Below are positions 1 through 26,866 of a stretch of 64,000 nucleotides of DNA, piece after piece. Origin of the DNA: Macrostomum lignano (lineage: Eukaryota); NCBI GenBank assembly GCA_002269645.1, contig NIVC01000345.1:62001-126000 (forward strand), given 5' to 3'. The position numbers were made by a program, and so were the translations under genes. The notes beneath the pieces were generated by a model. It had not been told where the DNA came from and did no database searches. It was given only the letters and a program-made list of their open reading frames with translations. Within the stretch, counting starts at the first letter, position 1; each line of letters starts with the position of its first letter.

Positions 1-381
1 TAAAAAGGGATACTTGGATTGGGCCTGTCCAAGGAATCCTCTATACCTATTTCTACCTTTCCTTTTAAATCTTGTAAAAGAAGATTTCTTTGAAGCATTT
101 CTAGAGAAAGGGCTTCGGTATAGACGATTCATTAGCCTGTCACCACTAGCCCTGTCCCAGGGAAGAAAGCCTGGAGTGGAGTGAACAAAGAGGCAAGCCT
201 GGGAAGGGGGCACTAAGGGTCCCATAGTATTTTTTGCCGTTGGGCAGATGTTACCTCTAGTCAAGCTCGCAAATAAAGTGGAAGAATGCTTTATAATATT
301 TAGACTAAGCTAAGCTGGTCTGTGATTTAGACTGATGAAACGAGCACACACAACAAACTGGGGGCTGAGTGGGGGTTGTGG

Positions 382-697
382 CACAGACCATATAGAATAT
401 AGACTGCGAATCTCGGTGGCCTGCCCAGGCGCGTTGTGGGACAAAAAACAACACAAAAATGGTCCTTCCCCCAAAGCCCCACTTCGATCGATATGTGGTA
501 CAAAAAATTAGGCTGTCTCTTTTCTAGCGGGCCAGTGCTTGAAATTTACTCAGTATAAAGGGTGTTAAAACCCCCGGGGAGGCAAAAAAATAGTTCCTTG
601 CAAAAAGGGGAAGGACTTTTTTTGTGTTGCTTTCTTGTCCCACAACGCGCCTGGGCAGGCCCCCGAGATTCGCAGTCTATATTCTATATGGTCTGTG
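382..697. mobile_element. MITE / non-autonomous DNA transposon with about 90-bp terminal inverted repeats
   Basis: 382-471 (cacagaccatatagaatatagactgcgaatctcgg...ggtccttcccc) is the near-perfect reverse complement of 607-697. Flanks ggttgtgg / ggttgcag match 6 of 8, a possible decayed 8-bp TSD. No coding capacity. Confidence 0.8.
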
Positions 698-2044
698 GGT
701 TGCAGGAGGCTTGAGAGGGGAGGGAGTGAGGGAAAAAAAGGAAATAGAGATCTAGAACTAGAACCTAGAAACTAGAGAAGAGAAGAGAAGTAGAGAAGAG
801 TTCTAGATCTCTATGGAAAAAAGCACACTCGAAAACAAGCTTGTAAAAGAAACTAGCTTGGGCGTGATTGTACCCAATACGAATGATTTATGTGATAACT
901 CGAATACGAAATTGAATGCTACAGTGCTTCTCAGTCCCAAATATGAATGGTATGACTGCTCTGGTTCTCACTTCTCAATCCCTGATTGAACCACTCTTGC
1001 CTTCGTTGATCGTTATCGCTCCCTTCTTTCTTTTCACAATGAAGTAAGAAACACAGCGAACACTCCCAGTGCACAGTCACTGCGAACCCTGGACATTGAC
1101 AAGGCTTATATTCGTTATTTTGGGAGCCAGACTCCACACTGTAACGTTTCTGGCCTGGCCCACAAAGGCAATAAATCACTTCTAAATAAAGAAGTTTGTG
1201 GAAACATATCTACATATTTACGCATGGATCGAATGGATTCAATAGTCAAATAGGTACGCCATGTCTGTTGTGTAGTAGAATTGAGGCAGCGATTCAACAA
1301 AGCGAAACAAACTCACTTACTCACTCACTCTTGTTCACTTATTCTATTTCTTTTCCCCATATAGACAGCTATTTTGAAAGCAACATCGATACATCACATC
1401 AATGAGACTTTTTTAGCACAGCAAATCTGCATGCATTTGTGTATAAAAATATAATTCTCATTTTCGTTAGCGCTTTGTTTGTGCTACAGGCCATCTGGTC
1501 CTAAAGCTTCTGGGAGTTCTTTGCCTCATAAACTGAAGAGTTGTAGGTCTTTGTTCCAAATACGATATATGGAGAGCGGGAGACTGATTCAAGGAGATCT
1601 AAATTTATAATTTTTTTCTAGTTCAAGATTTCTTTGACTGATTATATCGTGACCTGAGCGGCGGACCCGCATTTTTTGGTTTATAGCTGCCGCGGGCGTC
1701 AACCAGGCAAGCTCTGGCAATGCGCGGTCTCTTGAAATATCCTAGTCAATCTGGACTTGCAACCAAATTCTGAGTGGGCTTTTTCCTCAAGCTGGGGCCT
1801 GGCAAACTGTGGGAAGGGATGCGGGTTGAGGAAAAGGCAATGCACCGACTAGCTATGCTGCATTTGCATATGCTATACGAAACTATAGCTTTTTCTTTTC
1901 GTAATTTTTTCTTTTGAAACGTGGAGCAAACAACCCAGCAAGTTTAAACCTGGAGTATTTGTGAATAGAAGATGCATGGAGCATGGTCAATTCAAATGCA
2001 GTAGTAGCTAGCTACCTTAATAGCCAGACACAAATAACATACAG

Positions 2045-2118
2045 GGAGGCTGGCGTGCTGACTGAGCTGTCCGACTCAGCCCTTGGGTTCAAGTTCGTTC
2101 TGCTGCAACATGTTCAAG
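2045..2118 (+). CDS. Internal exon of an unidentified gene (EAGVLTELSDSALGFKFVLLQHVQ)
   Basis: catacag acceptor and G|GTAAGA donor. Open frame is phase-compatible with the next exon at 2345. Confidence 0.6.
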
Positions 2119-2344
2119 GTAAGAAGCGGCCCGAATTCTGTTACTTTTGTTATTGAATTTCTTCGAAATAGTTTTATTTAGTGTAATTAAATCAGGTACT
2201 CAGCTAGGATTTATTGAATGAACAATATTAAAAAATACTGAATTTCGCCAAAGTTTGACGTGTAGGAAATCCTAACCGAAATAGTCTACTATTAGCAGTA
2301 GCAACAACTTGTTCAAGTTATTCTTTCACATAAAAATCACTCAG

Positions 2345-2829
2345 ATGTTGCCACGAGCATTTACGGCGTCTCGATGGAGGCAGGCACTTTGACACTGCCT
2401 TTCGTGAGCAATGCCTGCCGCGAGATTCTGCATCGAGGCGTCGACCGATTGTCGAAGAGGTCCCATCGACGGCGGTCCGACAATCCAACTGACGGTCCCT
2501 CTGCATCTGCGACTGCTTCCAGTTCAAATATGGGAAGTTCATCCATCAGCCGCCTGCGTCTGCTAAGCAAGACGAATTCGCCGGCTGCTAATTGCTTGAT
2601 GGCTGTCGCGGCGTCTGCCTCTCCGACGGCTTCAGTGATGCTAGCCAACACAAGTTCGCCAGTTGGCTCCGCTTCACACACACAGCCGAAGAGACCTGGC
2701 TCACAGCTCGCCAGTCGTCCGCCGCAAAAAAGACTTTCTTTGCACCGACCTCACCGAAGTGAATATGAACTGATGGAGTTGTCGGATGACGAGGCTTCGG
2801 ACATTATGAACGAATTTAGTGGTCTTTAA
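2345..2829 (+). CDS. Terminal coding exon of an unidentified gene (Ser/Pro/Arg-rich low-complexity tail)
   Basis: cactcag acceptor, phase 1 joins the 2045-2118 exon (G+AT = Asp), frame of ORF 2374-2829, TAA at 2827-2829, AT-rich 3' UTR and AATAAA at 3069-3074. No family recognised. Confidence 0.6.
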
Positions 2830-3350
2830 AAGCCAGCATTCTCTTCCTTTATGTAAATATCTCTATATTTGTTCGACTATTTTTTTGCTTATTTTTATTT
2901 CCATTGAAATTTTGAAATTTGTACAGCGACAACATTATACTATTTATCAAATCATTTCGGTTGCTATCTTGCATTTGCATTGCAGTGCATACTATGTATG
3001 TTATACGATAATGTTTTTAACGATAATTTACATGAATTCATCAGCAAACTAATTCAGATTTAATTACCAATAAATATGAAGCTAAATTTATATCTACACA
3101 GAGATTGGAAGCTAAGAAATAGTTTATATTTTTGTCTATCTTTGATATGAAATTCATATATTGAAAGGATGGACGCTTAATTTGTACGAGTATCCTAACT
3201 CGAAGTGCATGGGTGGGGAATGGAGCAGGATGGCGAGCTGCTGGTGGGAATTTCTACAGCCTAAAATATTTAAACGCGAATGACGAACGACATACGGCAC
3301 ACCCTACTTATAGTAGAGTAAAGGGAATTTATCTTCATTTTTTTTTCTAG

Positions 3351-19064
<15,714 letters not shown>

Positions 19065-20361
19065 TTACCTGACTGACACGCAGGGTTTAAACGTTCCGCT
19101 TTGTTTGTGTTTAATTTTTACTGTGTAAAGCATCAAACTACCGCGGTAACCATGGACAACTAAAGTAGATCAGGACAATCTAATAAAGTGGGTATGTTTT
19201 CACTGCAAAATTAATTCGCGCGAAGTAAGTTTACAGATTTTTTTGAATCTATAGCTATTACCATAAAATCAAGAAAAAAATCTGTTACTAATTCAGTTTT
19301 AATTGGAACTTTAGTCGATGTAATCTCTGTTCAACTGGTAGCATTTCTAGAATTAAAGAAATAGTTTAACTTGTGGTTCGTAAAGTTTAAATTCGAAAAT
19401 TACGAGTATACAGCCCAGATAATGGTGCCCTATGTTACAGCTTACGTGTACATGCGATGATGTACAACTGACGGACGGTTACCTGCACGAACCACCTGAT
19501 TTATATGCCACTATATATTACTTTTCTTATTGATTTATTGTCTTATTAATCCTCTAATAGTAAAAATCTAACTTACTAATCTTTTTTAAAACACTCACTG
19601 CTTTGTCATTTAATAAAAAATATACGATCATGCACTTAACTATAATTTATATTAACGGTTAGACCGCAACTCGTCCGCCTGAGAATTGCGGCCTGTTCCA
19701 TGGTATCTAATTTAGTTTTGAAGTCAAGAAAGCAAAGATTAAAATTACCTTCACAAAGTTTTTTAATTGCCCTTTTAGGATATATTCTCCACAAATGGAC
19801 ATGTGCATATGTAATTAACAGCATCATTGCAATAATGACACAAGACTCCGCTTGCATCACATAAATTCTATCTACTTGAGTTCATGTACCATAAATGATG
19901 TGCCGTCTACACATTATATGGTACATGTAATTGATTATCTGAAGATCTGCTTTTTTACTTTATATTTTGATGAACTCTCAGCAGATCAACACAGGGAAAG
20001 AGTTATAACGAATACAGCCTATGTGCAGTTTGTTTTTTATTGTTTTGATCATTAAATAATAAATTTGCATTATGCACAGAAAATATTATGTGTACATTCA
20101 TACATGTTATATACAAATGTACAAATATGTTATTTGATTAACCTGTGTACCGGCCCAGTGTTGTACAGGAAATCATGTATAAGAAGTCTCCGCCGATTTG
20201 TTATTCAGTTCTTTGTTGTCTGAGGAGACGGGATCTGATATTTAGATCCCTTTTTTGTTCACCGAGGACAATTAAGGTACGATAAAACATACATGTAACA
20301 CGTACATTTATAATGTATGCAGCTTGGGATGCATTATGCGTGTCTGGAAATTATGTAAATA

Positions 20362-20506
20362 ATAAACGCCGTTTAATTCACATTCTGTGGTTAGAATGTC
20401 CGAGGCTGCGTTTAATGGTCTCGAGGCGAGCGTAGCGAGCCGAGGACCATTGATTGTAGCCGAGGATATTCTAACCATAGACTATGATGAATTAAACGGC
20501 GTTTAT
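20362..20506. mobile_element. Short palindromic (foldback/MITE-like) element
   Basis: ataaacgccgtttaattca...ggttagaat arm is matched by attctaacc...tgaattaaacggcgtttat. Centre is gcgagcgtagcgagc. No TSD identified. Confidence 0.65.
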
Positions 20507-22257
20507 CATATATTAAATTCGATTGCTCCTGATTTCGAGGAGATTATATGATATAATATCCTAGTTTTGTTAAAAATTACCACAGACAACACATTCCCGG
20601 CTCTGAATAGTACAATTTTTAACGATTAAATAAGCAATCGTATTTTATATATTTTTATAACAAAACATTATATCAAAAACATGTCTTTGAAATGTGCAAG
20701 AAAGCCATGCAAATCGGTTCAGTTTGTTCTGAAAGTGACTGCTGAAAGAATCAGCATTTCTCAGCTTCGGTAATGGGCCGTATGCAGAAAGCTCTGTCTA
20801 GGGTAGTCCGGTCTTGAAAAGCTAGTCTGGACTTGGATTTAGTATGCAGAAACACAAAGTTAGACTGGTCTACTATAGACAGAACAAAGGTAGCTAGACC
20901 AAAGTCCGGACTACTACTACTACTACTACTAAATAAGTAATATGGCGCCTCAGCCATTGAACAGGCTCTAATTACGCCACTAGGAATGAATTAGGATCCA
21001 TGTTGGGAGTGTACTAATGTACACTAGGTTTCTAAGCTAGGCTAAAAGAGGACTGTGGCCATCAAGCCGAGCAGGCGACACCAGTCGGGCTGAGGGCGCG
21101 GGCCCTACCCCCTACCGTCGGGGCGTCGCACCTACTCCAAACTCAAATCAAAACCTCCTCGGGGCTAGAGGGGGTTGAGTGAACCAATCAGGGAAGCCCG
21201 TGCCTTCTCCTGGGTTAGAATTAGCCAAAAAACCGGTCATATGACCGCCCCCACGGCCGTGGCGACCCGAAGGAACCTCCCCACCAACTAAACCCCGGGT
21301 ACTCTTGCCAGACAGTCTCTCATCTTTGAAGCGGCGGAGGGCTATTCGCCAGGACTGTTTCACCATTTGCTTCGCCAACCCGCCATTTTAATAGTGGCCG
21401 TGCCAACGGCCCCGTCCTGCTCAGACTCAGTCCTGGTTTTGGCACACTCCAGCTTTAATAGAATCGCTGGTCTGTTCACCAGAGGACACTCCGAGGGAGA
21501 CCGTCAGAGCATCAACTGGAACAGGTATAGGCCTGCCTTCCTATACAGCTACCCACAGCCACAGCCCCCTTCCTGATCTACCCTCTAACCCAGCCTACTA
21601 ACTCATTACAAGCTTTCAGCCAGGCAGAGACAAGTGTCACAGGAATACTGCGGTTCGGCGTCTCTATGCGAGACAAAACCAACTACCCAAGTCCGGACTA
21701 GCTAGTCTGGACTAGGCTTTATACATATGGCGCGGCCCAATGTATTTTACAAGTTTTACAAAGAGTCTGTAGACTCTTTTGGATACACATTATTAAAGGT
21801 AAACAAACCACTTAAAACAGCAAACTATAAATCAAATCTTTCAATTTCAACTGAATAAGTCGCTTATAGTTTTACTATTTTTTTCCTTTACGATCATATT
21901 TGATTTACTGATGTAACTATTTTTATTATCGCTTTTAACTTTTTTGTCTTGCCTTTATCATCGACGCGCGGCGCGTTTACTGAAACATCCCTGATTATTT
22001 GTGTTTTGTTGTTTCGCCTATTGTTTGTAACTTTGTACTGGGGCAAGGCCAGCTATCCCTAGCTGGCCAACTCACTAACTAACTAAGCCGAAAAAAATTG
22101 CTGTTTGTCTAGACAGATATATAGGTTTGAGTAATTAGTTGTTGGCTTGTTTTTAGTCGTGAAGTTTTTACTACTGTGGTTCTGGCGTGTGTGTAGATCA
22201 TTTCTTTTTTACACTAATTTGTTTCTTAATTCTAAGCCTGCATTATTATATAAAATG

Positions 22258-22528
22258 CAGGGGCGTAGCCAGGATTTTTTTTTGGGGGTATCGGTTAGCT
22301 GTTATCAGAAAGCAAGGGCTTGAGATCCACTTATCCCCTTAATGTATTTCTAGTGCATAATACATATAATTACTCTATTTGTTTGTTAATTGTTATTCTT
22401 TCGATTTGGATACCTTTCTCTTCCTTAGTTAATGGTCACAATTGCAACTGAAAAAAGGAAAAAAAATGTTGCTTTGGAAATTTGGGGGTATCGGCCGATA
22501 TACCGATACCCCCCTCGCTACGCCCCTG
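22258..22528. mobile_element. hAT-type MITE, 271 bp
   Basis: TIRs CAGGGGCGTAGC / GCTACGCCCCTG, perfect 8-bp TSD ATAAAATG at 22250-22257 and 22529-22536, internal GGGGGTATCGG repeats. Confidence 0.9.
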
Positions 22529-23697
22529 ATAAAATGTTTTTGAACAACACATTGTACTCGTACATCGCATAAAATTGTATCAAGATTAAAGAGGCAGTAA
22601 AAAGTTGTAAAAAGTATGCAGAATAGGCCCATGCCATGCCATGCCATCGACATCGATAGTATAATTTTTATAAGTTTTATGCCTACAGCAAAATAATATT
22701 TTGGAATAGAAGGCATATTTTAAACTGGAAATAGACGTTTTTATCATTTTTTATTTGTTTTAGGTCTACATAATAAGAAACTTTAATTATATATAATAAA
22801 CAAACTTAATAAAAGGTTAATTATAAATTATAATATGCCGAATTATTTATTAACTATTGATTAAGTCCAGGAGGGCCTCCATTATAATGTCTCATTTCAG
22901 AATAATGGAAATAAAAAATAATATGTTTTTATTCCAAAAATTAGATTAACTTTTGTTGGATCTATATATGTTAATTAATATAGCAGTCAGAGATTGCATT
23001 GAGTCTTCTAAACAAACTTGTTTTACTATAATAACTTAAGACATTGTATTGTAATAATAGGAAAGTCACCATATCTATTATATTATGTGTACCAACTAAC
23101 TTTTGCCAACCTGGCTAAAATCTAAAATTTATACTAGAAATTTCTAGTGTATATTGCATGATCTCTAATGTAGGTTAGAGACATAACAAATTAACAAACA
23201 ACATATTTTTATTTAAGTCTATTGTAAAAACTTATTATATCCAATCTGTTATATTTATATTTATTTAATGCTATATGCATGATATAAACCAAGTTCTTAG
23301 ATCACCAAGGCTTTATAAGCAATTTTAATAATTTATTTATTATTGCAATCATTATATTAAAGAAAATATTAACATATCTAACTTAATAACATATTATTGA
23401 CAATTTTTGACAAAAGTTTAGACAATTTTAGAGATATTATATAAAATAAGAAATATAATAATAAAAGTATAAGACCCATTTGTGTATTTTTTAGTTAAAG
23501 ATTAGTAATTAAGCCTTTAAGTGATATTAGTAAAATAAGTTTTTAGTTTTTAAAATAAATTTTATTAAAGCATCAACAGCTAATATTAGCCAAAGATAAG
23601 GGTAACAAGGCTAGTAGTTTAGCACATTTGCTACTAAGTTAAGCTAGTAGCAAATGAGTTGGTTAGGTTAGTATATAGCTAAATGGGCTACTTGTGC

Positions 23698-25398
23698 TGT
23701 CGCGACTTTCCTAGTCATTTCTTAGTTCACCTTCATTTGTCTCTGTTTACTCCGTTTTCTCTCTCTCTGTCTAGCTCAATCTTGTTATTCTTATCTCTCT
23801 CTCCCTTGCTGCGTTCTGATTGGCTCTCCTTTCTCGCCTCTTTCCTCAGTCGCGCACTCCACCCCCTCTCTTTATTATTCTGGGCTCAGCCCCCCAAAGT
23901 TAAATGTTCTATAAATATATCGGTTTGGGCCCTGCGCCCACTTACTGCTCCTTCAATTTAACTCCAATTAAATAGTTTGTAGTTTAGTTAGTATTTTTTT
24001 TACATGGCGCCCAATGTAAAATAATTAAGTCAATTCAGTAAGGCTGGCAAAGGCCATGCCATCGTCATAGTCGTAACCCTCCACCAGTCATCTCGTCATC
24101 CCGTCTGTCGGCCTCATCGCTTCGTTTGTCGGCCTCATCGCTTCGTCTGTCGGCCTCATCGCTTCGTCTGTCGGCCTCATCGCTTCGTCTGTCGGCCTCA
24201 TCGCTTCGTCTGCCGGGGTGCGTCCTGCGGTGTCCTCGGTCTCTCTCGTCTCAAATTCTCTGCCGGGGCGCCTCAGGGCTCGCCTGCCGGATCGTCTCTT
24301 CGCTCATCGTCTGCCGGGGGTGCGTCCTGCGGTGTCCTCGGTCTCTCTCGGTTCAGATTCTCTGCCGGGGCGCCGCGGGGCTCGCCTGCCGGATCGTCTC
24401 TTCGCTCGCCTTCCGGATCGTCTCTTCGCTCGTCGTCTGCCGGGGGTGCGTCCTGCGGTGTCCTCGGTCTCTCTCGGTTTCCAATTCTCTGCCGGGGCGC
24501 CGCGGGGCTCGCCTGCCGGATCGTCTCTTCGCTCGCCTTCCGGATCGTCTCTTCGCTCATCGTCTGCCGGGGGTGCGTCCTGCGGTGTCCTCGGTCTCTC
24601 TCGGTTCAAATTCTCGGCCGGGGCGCCTCGGGGCTCGCCTGCCGGATCGTCTCTTTGCTCATCGCCTGCCGGATCGCCTCAGGGCTCGCCTGCCGGATCG
24701 TCTCTTCGCTCATCGCCTGCCAGATCGCCTCGTTAATTCGTCATTCAATTTTTTCTTTCACCATGTAGTCACAATGTAAAAAATTAAATTAATTTTTAGG
24801 GGGGAGGGCGGATATATTCAGGGGAGGGAGGGTATATTCAGTCTTTTCAGTCTTCTCATTGGTTCAAAAACTACTCAATAAAAATCTAAGTTTAAAATTC
24901 GGTCTAAATATTTGCATTCGCTCTACTGTTTTTGTATTCAAATTCTTAGTCATTATGTATTTTTCAAATCGTTTTATACACCATTTATTGTGAATGTGTT
25001 TTTCAATTTAATTCGACCTAATTTTAACTCATTAATTTCAATTGGTAATGGTACTCGAAAATTCAAAAAATGTTCCATTTTTTGGGGGGAGTGTCGCGAC
25101 TTTCCTAGTCATTTCTTAGTTCACCTTCATTTGTCTCTGTTTACTCCGTTTTCTCTCTCTCTGTCTAGCTCAATCTTGTTATTCTTATCTCTCTCTCCCT
25201 TGCTGCGTTCTGATTGGCTCTCCTTTCTCGCCTCTTTCCTCAGTCGCGCACTCCACCCCCTCTCTTTATTATTCTGGGCTCAGCCCCCCAAAGTTAAATG
25301 TTCTATAAATATATCGGTTTGGGCCCTGCGCCCACTTACTGCTCCTTCAATTTAACTCCAATTAAATAGTTTGTAGTTTAGTTAGTATTTTTTCTACA
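23698..25398 (+). mobile_element. Non-autonomous LTR retroelement (TRIM-like), 1701 bp
   Basis: 307-bp LTRs (23698-24004 and 25092-25398) bounded TGT...ACA with one visible mismatch. PBS TGGCGCCCAATGT at 24005 (tRNA-Lys-like), PPT GGGGGGAG at 25084-25091, 5-bp TSD TGTGC at 23693-23697 and 25399-25403. No gag or pol recognisable. Confidence 0.93.
24104..24730. repeat. GC/CpG-rich tandem repeats inside the LTR element (21-bp unit, then about four units of 100-126 bp)
   Basis: GTCTGTCGGCCTCATCGCTTC about five times, then repeated gtctgccggggtgcgtcctgcggtgtcctcggtctctc...gccggatcgtctcttcgctc. Confidence 0.9.
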
Positions 25399-25879
25399 TG
25401 TGCAAATTACCCAACAGTAGTGAAATATGGCTTGCATAAGAGTTTAAACAAGGAAGTTGTCTATAGTTTGTAGAGCAAACTCAGTACAATTCAGCCCATT
25501 CATATACTAAATTGTTTGTCTGAAATATGTCTAGAGTCAGATTTTTACTATAGAACCTTGGGGATTAGTCCTCAATGGGTGTGAATTACATGACAAATCC
25601 CAGTCAGTTTTTATGGATAAACACCAATATAGGCTGCTCTACCTCTGGAAATCCCTTTTTGGCATTGTTGTGTCATGACTTATTTCATTGGGGCTGCAAT
25701 GGTGAGGGTTGTCAAGTGAGTAGGCTGCATATTAGTACTCTCGTATCATCTCTAGTTAGCACAGTACATCCATTGAAGTAGAAACCTTGTTTTTAATTTG
25801 TATTTAATGTGTAAAATGGAGTTGCAGACTTGCATAATAATAATGAGAATTGATTACACCTGCATCAATTGGGCTGTTC

Positions 25880-26078
25880 AGTCCAAGGACTGGGGGAGGG
25901 GGGTTGCCACACACACCCTCAATTACCCCAGCTAATGCTGGCATCCATTTTACAGCTGGGTGAACTGAAGCAATACAGAGTTAAGCGTCTTGCTCAAGGA
26001 CACAAATTGTTCCAGTGGGATCGGGAATCGAACCCCTGACCTTTAAGTCGTGAGTCCGACGCTCTAACCACTAGACTA
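25880..26078 (-). mobile_element. tRNA-derived CORE-like SINE
   Basis: Reverse complement has A box TAGTCTAGTGG and B box GGTTCGATTCC, then tgtgtccttgagcaagacgcttaactct...cccagctgtaaaatgg, which resembles the MIR/CORE domain. Confidence 0.75.
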
Positions 26079-26233
26079 AAAGTAAAACTGCAGGCTTACA
26101 ACTAAATACAATAGTTATGATATAGTTATGATATATGCACTTGTTTCCAAGTCTCCTTTATTGATTGAAACTCTCTCCCTAAATCTCTGTCAGCACATAT
26201 TCCAGCAGTCTTAGACAAGCCTTAACTTGTTCA

Positions 26234-26866
26234 ATGCTTCGCGACTCATCATCCGATGACGATGACGACGATTGGGACTACTCAAAGGGTCCGCCGCCTG
26301 GCGCCATCTTCGCTCCGCCAGTGGCAGCCGCAGCGGCAGCCGCTCGCGGTGGTCTCGGCGCTGCAACGGCGGCTGCTGTTGCCGCCGCCGCTTCCAGCGG
26401 TGCCAGCGGTGCCGCACTGTCTTCGCCAGGCGGTTCCAGTTTGAGCTCTCACAGGCCTATCGCCGCTCAGCAGCATCCGCCTCCGCCAGCGTTAAACATT
26501 GAAGCTCCAATTGTTCCGAGGCCAGCAGCTTCCATGGCAAATTCTTGTGCGCCATCGCCTATGCACCAACAGCAGCAGTCGGGCGGTGCGAATTCGCTAT
26601 CATCGGCAACAGCAGCTCTCGCTTACGTCGATCAACAGCAGCATAGCAGGCGACGCCAGACTAGTCCATCGCCCAGTATGCAGTCAGTTCACGTTGGCAA
26701 CAATTCCAGATCGGCATCTGCAGCTGGTGACAATCCTGAGCAGCAATCGATTGACGAAGAGGCCGATAGGCGACAAAGACTGCTATTGTACGTCTTTGTT
26801 ATGCGTTGCATTGCCTATCCGTTCAATGCTAAACAACCAACGGATTTGGCCAGACGACAGCTCAAG
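26234..26866 (+). CDS. CADPS: CAPS exon 1
   Basis: [11 protein letters not shown] start (cf. MLDPSSSEEE), Ala/Gln-rich insert, [29 protein letters not shown]|GTTGGT donor. Confidence 0.93.

Noticed and set aside
1340-1800. Further upstream exons of the first gene (1490-1546 and others)
   Set aside because: 1490-1546 is phase-compatible but has a weak donor and no recognisable homology; the other candidates hit stops.
20800-21740. PBS-like TGGCGC motifs (20943, 21728) and repeated AGTCCGGACT / GCTAGTCTGGACT words suggesting another retroelement
   Set aside because: No LTR pair, PPT, TSD or coding relic could be delimited.
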